A stretch of DNA of 34,106 nt. Source: Ignavibacteriota bacterium (GTDB taxonomy: Bacteria; Bacteroidota; Ignavibacteria; UBA10030; CAVZMI01). Positions 20,580 to 29,391 of the stretch are shown here, in pieces (the first letter of the stretch is position 1; each line of letters starts with the position of its first letter). The translations under genes were made by a program, and so were the position numbers. The notes under the pieces were generated by a model. It worked only from the letters and a program-made list of their open reading frames with translations. It searched no databases and had not been told where the DNA came from. The DNA is taken from NCBI GenBank assembly GCA_963776275.1, contig CAVZMI010000016.1:1-34106 (forward strand). The letters are read 5' to 3'.

Positions 20580-22742
20580 ATGCGAGTCCTTTTTTTGATC
20601 ACGGTAATTTTTCATATCTCAATCGCTTTTTCTCAACGTCAAACGGCGTCGTTTGCATTGTATTTCGAAATACCCACACACGCAAGACCAGTGTATACCA
20701 TGCTGGCTGATATCAACGCGGACAGTGTGAATGAAATTGTAACGCTCTCGCGCAATCCATCCTCACTTACAGTTTTTCGAATTCAACCCAGCGGAATATT
20801 CGAAACCCGTCAGGAAATTGATTTTACTGACTCGTGCGATATCGGTGCGTCCGGTTTTTTAAATGCTGATCAATATGCTGATGTCGTCGTTTTATTCCGG
20901 CAGGCACATCTTGTCCGATTCTATTTCGGCCAGGAAAACGGGACACTACGGGTTGGCGGACAGTTCTATCTTGACGGCATCTACGATGAGATCACTATTG
21001 CAGATATAACGCAGGACGGCCGTCCTGATATTATCCTGTACGGGAAAAAATCTCTCGGTATCACCGTTCTTCCCGGAAATGGTGATGGAACGTTCCGATT
21101 GCCGCAGACGATTCTTAAAGATATCCCGGTAGGGAAGACTGTCGTCAAATCGCTTAACAGCGACGGCATTCCTGATCTTGTGACCCTGGATTGGGTGACC
21201 AACACGATAAATATTTACTACGGGGATGGTATCGGTGGATATTCAGAAGAAACATCATTCCAGCTGAGCGATGAGATTGATGATCTTGCTGCGGTTGATC
21301 TTGATGGAAATAAAACAATCGACCTTGCCGTCGTATCATCAAAATCAAAATCGCTTCACACTTATTTCGGTACCGGAAGTGGAGAATTCCTAAAGGCACA
21401 GATCATTCGGCTTGAATTCAGTCCTACCTCGCTCTTTGCGGCAGATTTGAATGGCGACAGAAAACAGGATATTATTGTTATTGACAGACAGAATGCATAT
21501 GCCGGAGTGTTTATTAATCAGGGGCGTGGATTTTTTGGCGAAGTGACGGTGTTCGCAACAGGAACTCAGCCGACATCATACGTTCTAGGTTCATTAACGC
21601 ATGACCGTTATCCCGACCTGATAATAAGTGAACGGCGCAGCCAGAAGCTCATTGTGTACTGGAATGAAGAAAAAAAGGAAGTGCAGGGGAGAGAATATGC
21701 ACTCGGCCGGCTTCCCAAAGGAATCACTGTCGGTGATTTCAATCAGGATGGATTACTTGATGTAGCTGTCGCCAACGAATCGTCATCGACTCTCTCAATC
21801 CTTTACGGTCGGCGCGATAAATGCCTCAGGGGACAGATTGCCGTCAAAACTGTTTCATCGCCCCAATATCTGAACTACGTTGGTTCACAAAACGCTCATG
21901 CGGCATTCATCGTTTCAACAAATTACGCCGAACAGATTTCGGTCTACAACGTCGACCTCCAGGGTATGACGGCAAATGTATACCAGATTCCCACAGGAGG
22001 AATCCCATCCTTTGTTTATGGTTGGATTACACGATCGGGATTGATAGACTTGCTGACTGTGAATTATTCGAATTTGATCCCTGTTTCTGTGTCATTTTTT
22101 GAACAGGTCCGAGAGACCCGGTTTTCCGAGAAAAATTATCAACCTGCTGCTCCAAATACAATGCTTGGAGCAACTATGAGCGATATCAATAACGACAACC
22201 ATTTTGACATCGTCTATGTAGTCAAGGATAAACGATTCTCACGTCCATATCTCGTGACATCCTTCAGCGACTCGCTGCTGGAGCTTCACGAACGGCGCGT
22301 ATCATTCTATTTTCCCGATACCAGCTATACGTCTGTCATCATATCCGCCGGGGATTTTAATAATGATGGAAAAAACGATCTCGTTTTTATCAGCGGTAAT
22401 AAGAGTTCATCGAAAATGTATATCGCACTTGGACGGGGTGATAGTACTTTTACATTGACAAGCCAGTCGTTTCCTCATACTCTTGTCTCATATTCTCAAA
22501 ATATAAAATTACGCGATGCCGATGGTGACAGAGTTCTTGATATTCTTCTTGTCAACGATCTGACAAAATCTCTACTCTTCTTTCGTGGAAAAGGTGATGG
22601 AACATTTTTTCCGCCACGAACCATTGCAGAGGCAGAAGAAATTGGCGACTTTGAAAGTGTCGACCTTTTTAAAAATGGCACACCGCAATTACTGATGACA
22701 AATCTACGACGAAATACACTCACTATTACTTCAACCGAATGA
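20580..22742 (+). CDS. Secreted FG-GAP/VCBS repeat beta-propeller protein (~720 aa)
   Basis: Signal peptide from ATG 20580; about 12 D-x-N-x-D-G-x-x-D-like motifs (ADITQDGRPD, ADLNGDRKQD, GDFNQDGLLD, GDFNNDGKND...) and G.GDGTF motifs. Confidence 0.85.
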   Translation: MRVLFLITVIFHISIAFSQRQTASFALYFEIPTHARPVYTMLADINADSVNEIVTLSRNPSSLTVFRIQPSGIFETRQEIDFTDSCDIGASGFLNADQYADVVVLFRQAHLVRFYFGQENGTLRVGGQFYLDGIYDEITIADITQDGRPDIILYGKKSLGITVLPGNGDGTFRLPQTILKDIPVGKTVVKSLNSDGIPDLVTLDWVTNTINIYYGDGIGGYSEETSFQLSDEIDDLAAVDLDGNKTIDLAVVSSKSKSLHTYFGTGSGEFLKAQIIRLEFSPTSLFAADLNGDRKQDIIVIDRQNAYAGVFINQGRGFFGEVTVFATGTQPTSYVLGSLTHDRYPDLIISERRSQKLIVYWNEEKKEVQGREYALGRLPKGITVGDFNQDGLLDVAVANESSSTLSILYGRRDKCLRGQIAVKTVSSPQYLNYVGSQNAHAAFIVSTNYAEQISVYNVDLQGMTANVYQIPTGGIPSFVYGWITRSGLIDLLTVNYSNLIPVSVSFFEQVRETRFSEKNYQPAAPNTMLGATMSDINNDNHFDIVYVVKDKRFSRPYLVTSFSDSLLELHERRVSFYFPDTSYTSVIISAGDFNNDGKNDLVFISGNKSSSKMYIALGRGDSTFTLTSQSFPHTLVSYSQNIKLRDADGDRVLDILLVNDLTKSLLFFRGKGDGTFFPPRTIAEAEEIGDFESVDLFKNGTPQLLMTNLRRNTLTITSTE

Positions 22743-24418
22743 AACGCTTTTCATTTATACTTTTGTGCGGCCTAATCCCCATCGCCCTGAAAGGGGAAGT
22801 ACAAGATACGCGGCGACCGCTTCTTCAACAGATGCAGGAGCATTTTGCACTCCGAGAGGGAAGGACACTACCTCCACAGCACCCTACCAAATGTTCATTC
22901 AGCCTTGTTGCCAGGATTCGTACACTGGGCCGCAAGTTGACAGATGAAGAAAAACAAATGCTTCATCTTCTACAGACACGACCGACATGCCAGACGTTGA
23001 TTCTTAGCGCAAATGGACACTTCCGCATCCATTTTGACACGACAGGGACAAATGCGGGAGCGCTTTTTTATCAGGATAGTGTGCAGATTCCCAACTCTGC
23101 AAAGGAATATGCAGACTCCGTCGCGGAAATATTTGAAACTGTATGGGAAAAAGAGATCGCTGAAATGGGATATCCACCCACGCCATCGGATGACGGAATC
23201 GGCGGAGATGACGCCTATGATATCTATATAAAAGAATATGGTGGTATGGCATACGGTGAGACATACCCTGATTCAGTATTAAATCCCACAGATCCGACTC
23301 AAATCTCATCATCATTCATCATGATCGACAATGACTTTTATCGTTATTACAGTAAAGGTCTCAATGGAGCCAGAGTCACTGCAGCCCACGAATTTTTTCA
23401 TGCAATACAGATCGGCAACTATCGACTCTGGCTCGAAGATGCGAGTCCTTTTTTCTATGAGATCAGTTCGACATGGATGGAAGATGAGGTTTTTCCCGCT
23501 GTGAAGGACTATCTTCAATATGTCAGGTTCGCTTTTTCAATGACCGATATCCCTCTCAATGAAGCCAATGGTCTGGTTGAATATGGGAGGGCGATATTTG
23601 CAAAATATTTAGAACAAAAATTCGGACGTTCTGTCATCCGTGAAATTTGGAACGCGATACACAGTGTCCCGAGTCTCCAGGCAATTATCCTAACTCTCCA
23701 AAATCATCAAACCTCACTTGAGAGTGAATATCCAGAATTTGCTTTTTGGCATTATTATACCGGTCCCAAGGCCGATTTAACACAGTTTTTTCCCGATGGA
23801 TATCTCTATCCGGAAATTAAAATCTACGATCATATCGAGTTTATTCCCCCGACAAGTCAGAGTAATTATGAGCTAAGGAATCTGGCTTTCAAGTTTTTTC
23901 AGGTAGCCAAAAATGATACTAAAGATACGGCAACTCTTATAGCGACAAATGTGAATATTGTCTCAGCGTTGAATAATGCAACTGATGAGTATCCCTTTAG
24001 CTACCTGATTCAGAGTAACGGCGGAGACGAAACCTTTACACGACTGTCGAATGGTTTGTGGATAAAGCTGCAGGCCAACGATCCGCAAAACTGGAAAAGC
24101 ATTGCCTTTATTAATCCGAGCATCATCGCGAGTGATGATCCACCGTATCCGAATCCTTTTATCGCCGATGGGATGCGGCAGATCGTTTTTCCGATATGGA
24201 TCCAGACGGCTACGGATGCAGAGCTCGCCGTTTATTCATCTGATCTCAGGGAAATTTATTATGGACGAAAAGAGGCCAAACCGAAATTAATGAAAAATTT
24301 GATTTATTGGGATGGTGTCATGAATAACGGATTGCTGGCTCCAAGCGGAGTGTATTATTACGTCATAACTGTGAAGGGTGAAACCAGGCATGGTAAGATT
24401 GCAATTCTTCAAAAGTAA
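22739..24418 (+). CDS. Secreted HEXXH zinc metalloprotease (MXAN_6640-like) with C-terminal T9SS/FlgD-Ig-like domain
   Basis: HFRIHF, IDNDF, VTAAHEFFHAIQ, E..STWMED; C-terminal PYPNPF...WDG...G.LAPSGVYYY...GKIAIL. Confidence 0.8.
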   Translation: MKRFSFILLCGLIPIALKGEVQDTRRPLLQQMQEHFALREGRTLPPQHPTKCSFSLVARIRTLGRKLTDEEKQMLHLLQTRPTCQTLILSANGHFRIHFDTTGTNAGALFYQDSVQIPNSAKEYADSVAEIFETVWEKEIAEMGYPPTPSDDGIGGDDAYDIYIKEYGGMAYGETYPDSVLNPTDPTQISSSFIMIDNDFYRYYSKGLNGARVTAAHEFFHAIQIGNYRLWLEDASPFFYEISSTWMEDEVFPAVKDYLQYVRFAFSMTDIPLNEANGLVEYGRAIFAKYLEQKFGRSVIREIWNAIHSVPSLQAIILTLQNHQTSLESEYPEFAFWHYYTGPKADLTQFFPDGYLYPEIKIYDHIEFIPPTSQSNYELRNLAFKFFQVAKNDTKDTATLIATNVNIVSALNNATDEYPFSYLIQSNGGDETFTRLSNGLWIKLQANDPQNWKSIAFINPSIIASDDPPYPNPFIADGMRQIVFPIWIQTATDAELAVYSSDLREIYYGRKEAKPKLMKNLIYWDGVMNNGLLAPSGVYYYVITVKGETRHGKIAILQK

Positions 24419-25054
24419 ATGAGACAGCATATTCTTCATGTTGAGTCGCTCCGGAAAGATTTCAACCGGAGAACCGTATTCTCGGATATTTCATTCGAGA
24501 TCGGGAGCGGTCAGTCGATTGCGATCACCGGCAAGAATGGGAGCGGAAAATCGACTCTGGCGAAGATTCTCAGCGGCGTCCTGAGCGCAACCTCGGGAAA
24601 AGTACTTCTGAAATGCAGTGGAAGCGAAATTTCGGCCGACGAACGTCATGAACATATCGGCTTTGTCTCTCCCTACCTTCAACTGTACGACGAGTTTTCT
24701 GCACTCGAAAATCTCCGGCTTTGCGCATCATTGCGCGGTCTTCAATATGAGGACTTCCAAGGCGATGCACTTCTCGATCTTGTTGATTTATCGTCGCGCA
24801 AAAATGATCCTGTTCGTATCTATTCGTCGGGAATGAAACAGAGATTAAAATATGCATTTGCACTTCTTCACCAGCCGCAGATTCTGATCCTGGATGAGCC
24901 GACGGCGAACCTCGATTCCGAAGGTATCGATATGGCCCGATTGGTAATGAAAACACAATGTGAACAAGGCATTCTCATCATAGCAACAAATGACAAGGAC
25001 GACCTCCGCCATGTTGATACGGCTATATCGGTCGAGAAGGGAGGAGGCCGATGA
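24419..25054 (+). CDS. ccmA: Heme exporter ATP-binding protein CcmA
   Basis: GKNGSGKST, YSSGMKQR, ILDEP; precedes ccmBCDE. Confidence 0.85.
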   Translation: MRQHILHVESLRKDFNRRTVFSDISFEIGSGQSIAITGKNGSGKSTLAKILSGVLSATSGKVLLKCSGSEISADERHEHIGFVSPYLQLYDEFSALENLRLCASLRGLQYEDFQGDALLDLVDLSSRKNDPVRIYSSGMKQRLKYAFALLHQPQILILDEPTANLDSEGIDMARLVMKTQCEQGILIIATNDKDDLRHVDTAISVEKGGGR

Positions 25055-25725
25055 AGCAATGGATCCGTGCAACACTTGGTGTATTCCTGAAAGATATGGA
25101 GTCGGAACTTCGTACGCGATACGCACTCAATGCTCTGATAATGTTTGTGATAATAACGCTCTCGATGATTCTTTTTTCATTTGGAAATGAAATCGCTCCG
25201 CATTTTGTTCTCTCGGGGATACTATGGATTATCATATTCTTTGCAGCGATGTCGGGACTGTCCCGCACATTCGTGAGTGAAGAAGAACGGGGAACCGTCT
25301 TAACATTACAACTTCTAACGCATTCGAGCTCGGTGTTTTTCGGAAAACTCCTTCTTAACATCTTACTGTCATGTGTGATCAATACGCTAACAGTTGTTCT
25401 GTACTTGCTTTTAATCAGTAATTTCACAATTCAAACATGGTCTATCTTTTTTCTCATACTCTTATTGGGGAGCCTCGGATTAGCTTCCGGGGCGACGATT
25501 GTCGCAGCAATCGTCGCTAAAGCGAACACAAAGGGAACCTTGTATCCGGTACTCGCGTTTCCAATACTGCTCCCGCTGCTAATTGCAGTCATCAGCGGAA
25601 CACAGATGGCCGTCGAAGGTGCATCGCTAGCATCTGCAGGCGGTCTCCTGCAATTTCTATTTTCCTATTTGATTGTTTTTACGACATTACCGTACCTGCT
25701 ATTTGACTATATCTGGAAAGAATAG
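25051..25725 (+). CDS. ccmB: Heme exporter permease CcmB
   Basis: KDMESELRTRY, FVSEEERGT, LYPVLAFPILLPLL; six TM-like segments. Confidence 0.9.
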   Translation: MKQWIRATLGVFLKDMESELRTRYALNALIMFVIITLSMILFSFGNEIAPHFVLSGILWIIIFFAAMSGLSRTFVSEEERGTVLTLQLLTHSSSVFFGKLLLNILLSCVINTLTVVLYLLLISNFTIQTWSIFFLILLLGSLGLASGATIVAAIVAKANTKGTLYPVLAFPILLPLLIAVISGTQMAVEGASLASAGGLLQFLFSYLIVFTTLPYLLFDYIWKE

Positions 25726-25756
25726 AATATTGATAGTTAATTGGAAGGATTGAGCC

Positions 25757-26440
25757 GTGTTCTGGAAATTTGCTCTTGGAATCTGGATGACCGTCGTTAT
25801 TATTCTCGCTTTCACATTGCCTGCGGCGCCGAATCCGCAAGCATGGTACGAGATACCAAGCATTCCGGGTCTTGAAGAAAAAGGGCGCATTATTTTCTTT
25901 CATGTCCCCACGGCATGGGTCACTGTTGTAGCATTTCTGGTCTCGATGTCCTATGGCATACAATATCTCAGGAAAAATCGCATCGACGACGATATCCGGT
26001 CGGTGTCGGCTGCAGGACTTGGATTTTTGTTTTGTATCCTGGCAACAATCATAGGATCGATATGGGCAAAATTCAACTGGGGGTCTTTTTGGAACTGGGA
26101 TCCGCGCGAAACTTCGATCTTCATTCTATTGTTAATTTATGGAGCATATTTTGCACTACGCTCTGCAATCGAAGGTGATGAAAAGCGTGCACGGCTCTCG
26201 GCTGTCTATTCCATTATTGCGTTTGTAACGGTTCCGTTTTTTATTTTTATTTTACCCAGAATTGTCGAAAGTCTCCACCCCGATCCCATAATTAACCCAC
26301 AGGGGCAGCTTCACATGAATCTCACGATGTTTATTATTTTTTTGAGCTCTCTTGCAGGATTTACGGCATTATTTTTCTGGATGTGGAATCTTGCCGTCAG
26401 GATCGGGAAACTTGAATTCATCCGCCATTCCGAAAATTAA
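25757..26440 (+). CDS. ccmC: Heme delivery protein CcmC
   Basis: FFHVP, WWD motif GSIWAKFNWGSFWNWDPRET, SLHP; GTG start. Confidence 0.92.
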   Translation: MFWKFALGIWMTVVIILAFTLPAAPNPQAWYEIPSIPGLEEKGRIIFFHVPTAWVTVVAFLVSMSYGIQYLRKNRIDDDIRSVSAAGLGFLFCILATIIGSIWAKFNWGSFWNWDPRETSIFILLLIYGAYFALRSAIEGDEKRARLSAVYSIIAFVTVPFFIFILPRIVESLHPDPIINPQGQLHMNLTMFIIFLSSLAGFTALFFWMWNLAVRIGKLEFIRHSEN

Positions 26441-26454
26441 TAAGGAGCATACAC

Positions 26455-26598
26455 GTGTCGTTTCTTAGTGGTTTTTTCAACCAGCATTCTCTATATATTG
26501 TGCTGACAATCGTCCTCGTCATCTGGACCGGTATCTTTTTTTATCTTTATCGTCTCGAAAAAAGGATTAGCAGGCTGGAAGAGGCAATGAGGAAATGA
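26455..26598 (+). CDS. ccmD: CcmD family small membrane protein (47 aa, absent from the ORF track)
   Basis: SD AAGGAG, GTG start, MSFLSGFFNQHSLYIVLTIVLVIWTGIFFYLYRLEKRISRLEEAMRK*; stop overlaps the ccmE ATG. Confidence 0.85.
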   Translation: MSFLSGFFNQHSLYIVLTIVLVIWTGIFFYLYRLEKRISRLEEAMRK

Positions 26599-26993
26599 AT
26601 GTGAAGCTTAAATTTATTGCTGCTGCCATTGTTGTCGTCGTTTTTGTTATTTTTGGCGGGAAGGCTTTCTTTGAGAGTACAATGGAGTATTCCAACTTTG
26701 CGCATGCGAAGGAGACAGGTAAAAAAGTACCGGTGAAAGGCCGGTGGGTTCAGGAAAAAGGATCATACTACGATCCGAAGTATAATCAGTTTACCTTCTA
26801 TATGCGGGACACTACCCAGATGGAGGTAAAAGTCGTTCTTGACGGACCTAAGCCGAATAATTTTGAACTGGCATCGCACGTCGTGGCAACAGGACGTTTT
26901 GAAAACGATTATTTCCATGCGTCACAGGTTCTGACGAAATGTCCGTCGAAATATGAAGGTGTGCTGGAACAGAAAAATAAAACATCTCCATAG
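26595..26993 (+). CDS. ccmE: Heme chaperone CcmE, CxxxY type
   Basis: N-terminal TM, PNNF, VVATG, FHASQVLTKCPSKY. Confidence 0.92.
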   Translation: MNVKLKFIAAAIVVVVFVIFGGKAFFESTMEYSNFAHAKETGKKVPVKGRWVQEKGSYYDPKYNQFTFYMRDTTQMEVKVVLDGPKPNNFELASHVVATGRFENDYFHASQVLTKCPSKYEGVLEQKNKTSP

Positions 26994-27017
26994 ATTTAAA
27001 GTTCTTTCGGCTTCCGT

Positions 27018-27737
27018 TTAAATTGTAATAGAGAAAATATCCTTTATTCCAATCGCCTCGTATGAATAGAATGGCTCGCCATATCGGACACCAATCTGAT
27101 TCCCCCAATAACGTAATCGAGTCTCAATATGCTCGAGAAAATCAGGCCTGCTTAAAAGAGTTTCTCGTTCACGGCTGTTTGGATCGTAGAATTGTGAACG
27201 AAAGGCTCTGACTGCATTCATGCGGATTTCAAATTGTTCAGAGATATCGACGATGAAAGAGGGCGGAAATCCGTATCTCTGCATAAAGTGAAAAATTTTC
27301 TTCGGTCTGAATGGCTCTTGAAGTTTTCCGTTGTCGTATGTGTGCATTTTCTCGAGTCCGGCATAATACCAGGCTTCTTTCGCGAGTAAATGGGCATGTT
27401 CATGATCGGGGTGTCGATCAAGATGGTGAGGAATGATAAGTATCTCGGGTCGATATCTTCTGATCACTGTCATGGTTTTCAGACGATTTTCCAAGGTCAT
27501 TTCAATATTTCCATCGAGGAGTTCGAGATTCTCGCGAAGTTCCACGCCGAGTATTTTTGCAGCGCTCATTGCCTCTTTATGACGAATTTCTCGCGATCCA
27601 CGGGTACCGAGTTCTCCCTGCGTCAGATCAAGAATGCCTACTTTTTTTCCCTGTTGAACGAGCCTTGCAATTGTACCACCGCAGGCAAGTTCGATATCAT
27701 CGGGATGAGCGCCGACAGCCAAGACATCAAGCTTCAT
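27018..27737 (-). CDS. bshB1: Bacillithiol biosynthesis deacetylase BshB1 (PIG-L family)
   Basis: MKLDVLAVGAHPDDIELACGG, DLTQGELGTRG, DRHPDH, SQFYDPNS; true start inferred at 27737. Confidence 0.9.
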   Translation of the reverse strand: MKLDVLAVGAHPDDIELACGGTIARLVQQGKKVGILDLTQGELGTRGSREIRHKEAMSAAKILGVELRENLELLDGNIEMTLENRLKTMTVIRRYRPEILIIPHHLDRHPDHEHAHLLAKEAWYYAGLEKMHTYDNGKLQEPFRPKKIFHFMQRYGFPPSFIVDISEQFEIRMNAVRAFRSQFYDPNSRERETLLSRPDFLEHIETRLRYWGNQIGVRYGEPFYSYEAIGIKDIFSITI

Positions 27738-27763
27738 GGATTTCTTCCTAAGTTGTTGAAAAG

Positions 27764-27792
27764 AATATACGATATGAAGCGTAGAGAAACAA
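27764..27792 (-). promoter_or_regulatory. Predicted bshB1 promoter, back-to-back with the tmRNA promoter
   Basis: TTGTTT-17 bp-TATATT on the minus strand. Confidence 0.45.
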
Positions 27793-27798
27793 GATTTT

Positions 27799-27827
27799 TT
27801 GCCTTTAAGAGCGAAATATTGTATATT
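27799..27827 (+). promoter_or_regulatory. Predicted tmRNA promoter
   Basis: TTGCCT-17 bp-TATATT; predicted start ~27834-27835. Confidence 0.55.
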
Positions 27828-27834
27828 CACCTCA

Positions 27835-27952
27835 GTGTCTCGATTGTACTCGACACAGGTGTCTCGATTGTACTCGACACAGGTGTCTCGATTGTACTCG
27901 ACACAGGTGTCTCGATTGTACTCGACACAGGTGTCTCGATTGTACTCGACAC
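27835..27952 (+). repeat. Five perfect tandem copies of a 24-bp palindromic unit GTGTCTCGATTGTACTCGACACAG (last copy 22 bp)
   Basis: Units start at 27835, 27859, 27883, 27907 and 27931 with no spacers. Each unit can fold GTG-(TC bulge)-TCGA / TCGA-CAC. Confidence 0.97.
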
Positions 27953-27961
27953 TTAGCATCC

Positions 27962-28319
27962 GGGGGTGATTTGGATTCGACGGGGAATAGGATGCTCGAA
28001 ACTGCATACCGTGCTCTCCGAGTTGCACGTAAATAAAGCGGAAAAAACTTAAGTGCTAACTACAATTACGCACTGGCTGCTTAATTAGCAACCCGTTCTT
28101 TTACGATCTCACCTGATGGATTGTAGAAGGGCGTCGACTTTAGTCAGGCTCGCGGCTCTATGATCGGGCGGAGTACGCTAAACTCAAAGTCCCCATCTAG
28201 CTTCTGGAGTATCATGTCCGCCTCGAGTATCCAGCGGCGAAATAATAAAAGGCAGACTATGTATGGAGACGTTTTGAGGGTCTTATCTTCGGACGCGGGT
28301 TCAACTCCCGCCACCTCCA
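27962..28319 (+). ncRNA. ssrA: tmRNA; tag peptide (A)ANYNYALAA* at 28055-28084
   Basis: 5' GGGGGTGATTTGGATTCGAC; 3' T-arm GCGGGTTCAACTCCCGC then CACCTCCA, giving an acceptor stem with G3.U; TAAGT precedes the resume codon GCT. Confidence 0.96.
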
Positions 28320-28323
28320 CAAT

Positions 28324-28357
28324 AGAAATGTCCGCTGATTGCAAAGCGGACATTTCT
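28324..28357 (+). terminator. 13-bp stem-loop directly after tmRNA (terminator-like)
   Basis: AGAAATGTCCGCT-gattgcaa-AGCGGACATTTCT. Confidence 0.7.
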
Positions 28358-28383
28358 CAAGACACACTGTCAGAGATTCAACC

Positions 28384-29244
28384 ATGGAGTTAAAAATACC
28401 ATTTGCAAAGATGTCAGGAGCAGGTAACGATTTTGTCGTCATAGATAATCGTTCTGCCGCCATAACGACTGAGCATCAACGGCAGTTTGCGCGCCTTCTC
28501 TGCCATCGAAAATTTGGAATCGGCTCCGACGGACTTATCCTCCTTAATACGAGCAAAGAGGCCGAGTTTGAAATGGTTTATATTAATTCGGACGGATCAT
28601 CAGGCGCTATGTGTGGGAATGCCGGGCGTTGTATAGCACGGTTTGCTTATAGCAAAGGTATTACGGGGAGAATTTTGACTTTTAACGCACTTGGATATCT
28701 ATACCATGCCACTGTTGATGAGGATGTAGTGAAACTCTCAATGAAGAATCCTATTCGAAAAAAGACCAATATTAAAGTTTCACTTGAAAAAATAGAAACT
28801 ATTGCACATTTTATCGATACAGGCGCTCCACACTCGATAGTTTTTGTAGAGGATCTGAAACTCAGTCATGTCGACGAGGTAGATATCATCAAACTTGGTC
28901 CCTTACTCAGAAACCATACGATTTTCGGTCCTTTAGGAACAAACGCGAATTTCGTTGAAGTGATTAATGATAATACCATTAAAATGAGGACTTATGAGCG
29001 GGGTGTTGAAAATGAAACATTAGCATGTGGAACAGGAGCAGTTGCTTCTGCTATCATATCTAATCAGCTACGTGGTGTCGAAGAGCCTGTTAATATCATT
29101 ACAAAGGGCGGCGATACACTTAAGATACATTTCGAGAAAGTAGGAGATGATATTAAAAATGTTCTACTGGAGGGGGGAGCTGATATCATTTATCGTGGGA
29201 ATATTAATGTAGATATGGAGATTATGAAGATAACTAGTAAATGA
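28384..29244 (+). CDS. dapF: Diaminopimelate epimerase
   Basis: KMSGAGNDF, GIGSDG, NSDGS..MCGNAGRC, DTGAPH, GTNANF, RTYERGVENETLACGTG. Confidence 0.96.
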   Translation: MELKIPFAKMSGAGNDFVVIDNRSAAITTEHQRQFARLLCHRKFGIGSDGLILLNTSKEAEFEMVYINSDGSSGAMCGNAGRCIARFAYSKGITGRILTFNALGYLYHATVDEDVVKLSMKNPIRKKTNIKVSLEKIETIAHFIDTGAPHSIVFVEDLKLSHVDEVDIIKLGPLLRNHTIFGPLGTNANFVEVINDNTIKMRTYERGVENETLACGTGAVASAIISNQLRGVEEPVNIITKGGDTLKIHFEKVGDDIKNVLLEGGADIIYRGNINVDMEIMKITSK

Positions 29245-29391
29245 TCTATAACAATAAAGAAAGTTTTTAATCAATCTTACCATAAGTACCTCTCGTTCTA
29301 ATAGAAAATTTTGAAATAAAAGATTAATGAATGGGGAAGGATAAGGAAGAGAAAAAATATAGATTTACACAGGATATTGTATAATAATCTT

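Noticed and set aside
27835-27952. CRISPR array
   Set aside because: Units are head-to-tail with no spacers, and there are no cas genes in the window.
27738-28028. N-terminal extension of BshB1 with (CVEYNRDT)n repeats, and the opposite-strand (GVSIVLDT)n ORF 27390-27956
   Set aside because: These are stop-free read-throughs of a 24-bp repeat. The extension overlaps the tmRNA and both predicted promoters, and BshB1 homology begins at MKLDVLAVGAHPDD.
28357-28376. Partial complement of the leader repeat downstream of tmRNA (TCAAGACAC)
   Set aside because: Only about 8 of 9 bases match, and it lies beyond the terminator-like hairpin; compatible with chance.
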